NCBI GenBank assembly: GCA_002633005.1
Contig: NMRA01000669.1
Coordinates: 93,054-157,053 of the forward strand
Direction of reading: 5' to 3'
Source: Phoronis australis
Lineage: Eukaryota; Animalia; Phoronida
DNA: 64,000 nt
Of the stretch, positions 59,431 through 64,000 are shown piece by piece. Both the position numbers and the translations under genes were made by a program. The notes under the pieces are model-generated. The model was not told the origin of the DNA, searched no databases, and was given only the letters and a program-made list of their open reading frames with translations. Every line of letters starts with the position of its first letter. The stretch's first letter is position 1.

Positions 59431-60805
59431 ACAAGAAAAATGAACATGAAACTAAGAACTAGATGAGATTCTTGGGTACATTAAAGAAGCATAGGCCTTA
59501 AATGTATCATACAAAACGGAACGGTTTCAAAACTTTTCAGTACTACTACAAAATAATCGCAATCATCCATGGCAACAAAAAATGGCAGTAGTTTCACTTT
59601 TTTACCACAATCAAGTATAAGTCTCGTTTCATTGGCTTTCATACCTAGGCATGCTAAAACAAAATTATGTCATTTTGATTAAGATTTTTTGAATAAATAC
59701 TGAGACATACGTGAATATGAGAATATATCCATTTAAAGGCTGTGACAACCACATTGAATATGATTACAAATACTTTATACTATACACAAATAAATGTTGC
59801 AATATCTCTCCAACTGTAATAACAATCACTAACTTATTTCTAGGCCTTTCAAGTACACACTAAACAGAATATCACAGGAAACACTTCCAAAAATCAAAAT
59901 ACTGCAAATACCAACAAATGTGCCTAAACATTATACTTCTATCAGTGCACAGTGTCATATTTACAGTAGACTTGCAGCACTAAATAGGTAAAGCTAAAAT
60001 CTCTCAACCATATTATTGGTAGTAAATCGACCTCCTGAAGCGATCCGAAAAATGAAATTTCTCTGTCTTCAGTAATTAGCCAAACCAGACTATTAAAAAC
60101 AATAACAACAACAACAAATGGCCCCACCCGAAAAGATGAAAGAGAACAATGGTTTTCTGATAGACGACAATACATGGGGCTTCATGACACCTTGAAGCAA
60201 CCAAATACTCGACACACCAGCAACAACAACAACGCAATAACATATCTACTCGGCTATTTTTGAAACTCTAGTTCGCTGGTTATCAACAATTCATCCACTT
60301 TACATCACTGGAGATCTCCTGGTACACGTATTCACCACTTCCCTGTAAGTCAAGTTGCAGGTTGAGCTTGTATGGATAAGCCACGTCATCAGGACAGTCA
60401 TGTGCAAGAACTACACAGCTACATGTACCTACAACACTTTGATGGCACCGACACTTAATGACCTGTTCAGCAGAAGCACAGTCAAACATTTAATAAATAG
60501 CTAAATAGTACACAACTTCATATTCATGACATGTTTCAAGGTACACTTAAAGTGAATTGACTCATCATGTCTCAGACCTCCATGACCTTTTACTTGTGAG
60601 CATGATCTTTACATCATGCTGGTTCTGGTACCTTTGAGAACGAGGAGTGCACCTCGGAACATGTCAGGAATATGAAGTTAAGTACTATTTGGCCTGATAC
60701 TTAATATTTTCAAGTGAACCAGCTATCCCAGTATCTATGACTTGGGCCTGGTTGAGAGGCAGACAAAGTTATGTTCAGAGTAATCACGAAAACCATTGGA
60801 AGCTT

Positions 60806-60900
60806 TCAATTTTTCCTCAGACCACCATGTGGATCCCCGGCTGCTACCTTGTCCAGAACAGTATTTACAAACTCAGTAGTGTGTCCAGCAATCATGTGGG
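60806..60900 (-). CDS. CREBRF: CREBRF/REPTOR terminal coding exon (THMIAGHTTEFVNTVLDKVAAGDPHGGLRKN*)
   Basis: tttcag acceptor in phase 1 joins the preceding exon; resembles the CREBRF C-terminus (AGQTSEFVNQVLEK...GNPTGGL). Upstream exons lie beyond the window. Confidence 0.92.
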
Positions 60901-61960
60901 CTGAAATGAGACATCGAGGACAGTTACCAGTTTTCTGAATTCACATACACAAATTTGCGAACAGTAATAAGTTAATCTATGTACACACAGGCAACACATT
61001 GGGTGTTTTCTTACCTTCAAATAATCCCTTGGAGGTGTTTCACATATACACATGCAAAAATTTCAATCATAACAGCTAGTCATGTCACTAAGAAACTTGA
61101 AGAAAGCTGTTGAATGTGTGGTGATACCCCTGAGACAACAGGCTTAAACATGTCTAAATTGTACATATTATCAAGGGCAAAGGTTTGAGAATGATGCCAA
61201 GTACAATGTTGGAGACGTGCTAGGCTGAAGTCAGCTGCCTTTATTTATGAAATACTTTTGGCAATGAGGTCCATCTTATAGAAAACCACAATAGCCATTA
61301 GGGGGAGCTAGGAAATTGTTAAAACCTGTTCACTGATTTTCAAAATAATAAATAGGAATTTCATAAAATCTTGTGCAAAACCTAAATGACCCACAGGGGG
61401 TTCAAATAATCCGCTCGAGAGTTGGCTGGTTTGGGTTCATACCTGAGACGTAAACATTCTGTGTCGAGTTATGACAATTTTCTTCTATCAGATTAAACCC
61501 TGTTGGCAATGAATATCTGTGGGAAACTAATATCGCCATGAGATGGTGCTGTCGAATCAATCAGAAAATCGACTCCTGCCAATGCATCCCAACAACTTAT
61601 CTCTGTACCAGGCTAGATATCAGCTGGGATAAGCGTTTGGCACGGAATATCTTGTTGAAAACTAATTAAAAATGGTGACTAGTAGGATCAATGTTTTCAA
61701 ACTTTTCAAAAACAGTACGATAGGGATAACCAATGAATGAATGAATGGACTACAAAACATATTGGTGACTAAGACAAGTATGGTGACAATTTGCAAGACA
61801 CTAAAATCAAAGCTGTTATAAAACACCCACCTGTCAAACTAAGTCCCACCTTTATGTACCAACCTGATCTTTACTAAATTCTGAAGTGATTTCTGGTCTT
61901 CGTAGGAACAAGCCCAGAATTAAGTTCAAATTGCAGTAAAACACGTGACACATGCCTTAA

Positions 61961-62114
61961 ACATTTGTCTATATCATGCTAGTTATTTACACATTTGTCT
62001 ATATCATGCTAGTTATTTACACATTTGTCTATATCATGCTAGTTATTTACACATTTGTCTATATCATGCTAGTTATTTACACATTTGTCTATATCATGCT
62101 AGTTATTTACACAT
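61961..62114. repeat. Perfect minisatellite, 30-bp unit x5 (CREBRF intron)
   Basis: acatttgtctatatcatgctagttatttac x5. Confidence 0.97.
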
Positions 62115-62380
62115 ACCAGGCTCATAGCAACATTTTATGGCTACACAGAAATCATCCAGTTAAGGTAAAAGTGAAGGTTTGAATCTCACTAATTTAGGAC
62201 ACAACTTGTCAGACAAGTGAAATTTTATTATTTTTTCATGTTTTCATAAATGATATACAGTAATAAAATTATATTTTGCCATACACAAGTTCACTACCCT
62301 AGCTACCAAGAGAGTATTTTGAAGAAAGTCAAATAGATGTTGGAATGCCGTGCAGTTACCGACGAATAATAATATAAAAT

Positions 62381-62503
62381 AGTAAAACTAGTAAAACTAA
62401 AACGACACACCCTTGACAAAGAGTGCATCGCTCGAAATGGAATACTTTAATATATTTTAGTACCGACGTTCGTCGTTTTACATGTAGTTTTACTAGTTTT
62501 ACT
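62381..62503. mobile_element. MITE-like element with possible AAAAT TSD (CREBRF intron)
   Basis: agtaaaactagtaaaactaaaacgac ... gtcgtttta(catg)tagttttactagttttact; aaaat on both flanks. Confidence 0.7.
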
Positions 62504-62621
62504 AAAATATTTTGAAGAATTGCAGGAATTCATGTCAGAATCTCTTGAAAAATTAATCAAGAAGTCCAAAATGTTGATTATTTTTGTCTGGTGACTTTTT
62601 ACAACAAGACATAAAACTCAC

Positions 62622-62818
62622 TTAGGTGCCTCTGTATGAGATTGTGCAGTTTAGTAGACATTTTCTCCTCATGGTTAACTTGTGGGCGATGCACACATTC
62701 CTCAATTGCCTGCTTAATGCCGTTTAACACAGCATTCAACTTATCGTGTTCCCGTTCAAGTCCAAAAAGTTTCACTTTGTTAGCCTCATGTTGCGCCTTC
62801 TTCTTCAGGCGACATGCT
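62622..62818 (-). CDS. CREBRF: CREB3 regulatory factor / REPTOR bZIP exon (penultimate coding exon)
   Basis: tttcag acceptor, gtgagt donor, phase 2-1. Encodes (R)[38 protein letters not shown]...[10 protein letters not shown], matching the CREBRF/REPTOR b[13 protein letters not shown](Y/H)EANK(V/I)KL. This frame is not in the ORF track. Confidence 0.93.
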
Positions 62819-64000
62819 CTGAAAGTGTATTAACAACGTAATATTCAGTCAATGAGGTATTCATCACATAGGAATAACCCGCAAACTCAAAACAACAATC
62901 TCCAACCCCAAAAACACATTCCAAATGTCCTCAAGGTTTTGTCAAATAAACAGAAAAAGGAGGATCCAACAATGAAGAACAAACAACAATCTGATAATGC
63001 TTTCACGATGAACACAGTGCAACAGCTGCCAGACTAGTTAGTGGGTACTATGTTACTTTAAGTACTACACGTACTCTTTAATTTAAACCAGTCTAAATCA
63101 CCTTTCCGGCCATTCCATGTAAAAATCTTTTGGTCAAGAAAGAATGTTAATTTACCCTTCTAAATCCCTGTTGCAAAAGGCCCCTTTAATATAGGCACTA
63201 GGGATCTCACTTGAAAAAATAGTGGATTAGGCCAGTTTATCTGTCCTCAAACTCATGGTAAATTAAGAGGACCCACAGGTCAGCAATTTGTGTCCGCATA
63301 GTCATCATGAACAAATTGGGAAAAGTTGGGATGCAGTTATTTCGCTTGTACCTGGATTATGGGAGGACTGCCTTTCATGATGTGGTCCCCCCATAATAAT
63401 TTCACTGCTTTTTGGGGGCATTAAAATCTTTCTGATAAGTGGTGGAGTACACAAGTCATGTCACCCACCTGGCCTCGCACCTCAGGCCTTTTACACGATA
63501 GAGGTTGGGACAAAGAAAGTCCAGTTGCAATGATGATTACAAATTCTATTTTTCTGTAGCAGTTATGGTAATTCTTATGCAATGCCAAAGTGGAAAAATT
63601 TTCAGGAAACAAATTCTTTATTCAAGCATTAAAATCTGTGCAGGACCAAAAACTGTACCCAAAACCAGTATTTATCACGCCAGGACCAACATTTAATACA
63701 CCAAGACCGAAAATTTATCCCACCAGGACCGCAACTTTATCGAGTGAGGACCGAAAATTTCATGCCAGGACAAAATTTCATGTCAGGACATGCTATGAAC
63801 ATTCCCACTAAATAAAATTGGTTCTAACCCCGGTGTTTAAGGTAAACGGCGGGGTATGGAAAATTGAACTAGACCGTATTTATCCACCTTGGCTGAGACG
63901 CGCTCGGCTCATGCTCAAAGGGATGCCGCCAAGCTGCTCTATTCATCGAGTCACGAGCGAGGATAATTGACTTCGCTCATGCGGATATGATCAGCTGATT

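Larger units (their letters stand above)
57465..60805 (-). other. Probable long 3' UTR of CREBRF, ending near AATAAA at 57465-57470
   Basis: U-rich minus strand with no coding signal after the stop codon, AATAAA at 57465-57470. The end point is inferred, not shown. Confidence 0.4.

Noticed and set aside
3460-62114. CRISPR-like arrays among the tandem repeats (52, 44, 57 and 30 bp units)
   Set aside because: Units are head-to-tail with no unique spacers, there are no cas genes, and the context is eukaryotic.
61945-62182. Repetitive ORFs (HICLYHASYL)n and (MLVIYTFVYI)n
   Set aside because: Translations of an intronic 30-bp minisatellite.

Overview
This is AT-rich, intron-containing metazoan DNA, probably from an invertebrate; there are no prokaryotic features, and there is one assembly gap at 38948-39325. 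Three minus-strand loci were reconstructed by hand from GT-AG sites and intron phases. (1) A complete 14-coding-exon SLC6/NSS Na+/Cl--dependent amino-acid transporter (ATG 51056 to TGA 18871, 711 aa) with a 16.3-kb first coding intron. Its pocket and gate residues are unusual: TM10 gate Asp is replaced by Ser, and TM6 Trp/Phe by Met. (2) The last two coding exons of a CREBRF/REPTOR bZIP gene (62818-60806), whose probable ~3.3-kb 3' UTR carries a five-copy stem-loop array. (3) A multi-exon coiled-coil gene (12850 down to ~6358) with an apparent 2-bp frameshift, followed by decayed exons with weak protein-kinase-like motifs (2281-484); it is probably a pseudogene. The non-coding space holds two short TIR-element families with 5-bp target-site duplications, including a nested composite found twice. 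It also holds foldback palindromes, tRNA-derived SINE heads, a Tc1/mariner relic, THAP plus Cys-rich transposon relics bracketed by ~300-bp inverted repeats, and several minisatellites. I see no clear-cut new system. The best leads are the atypical SLC6, the CREBRF 3' UTR hairpin array, the decayed coiled-coil/kinase-like locus and the THAP/CXC element.
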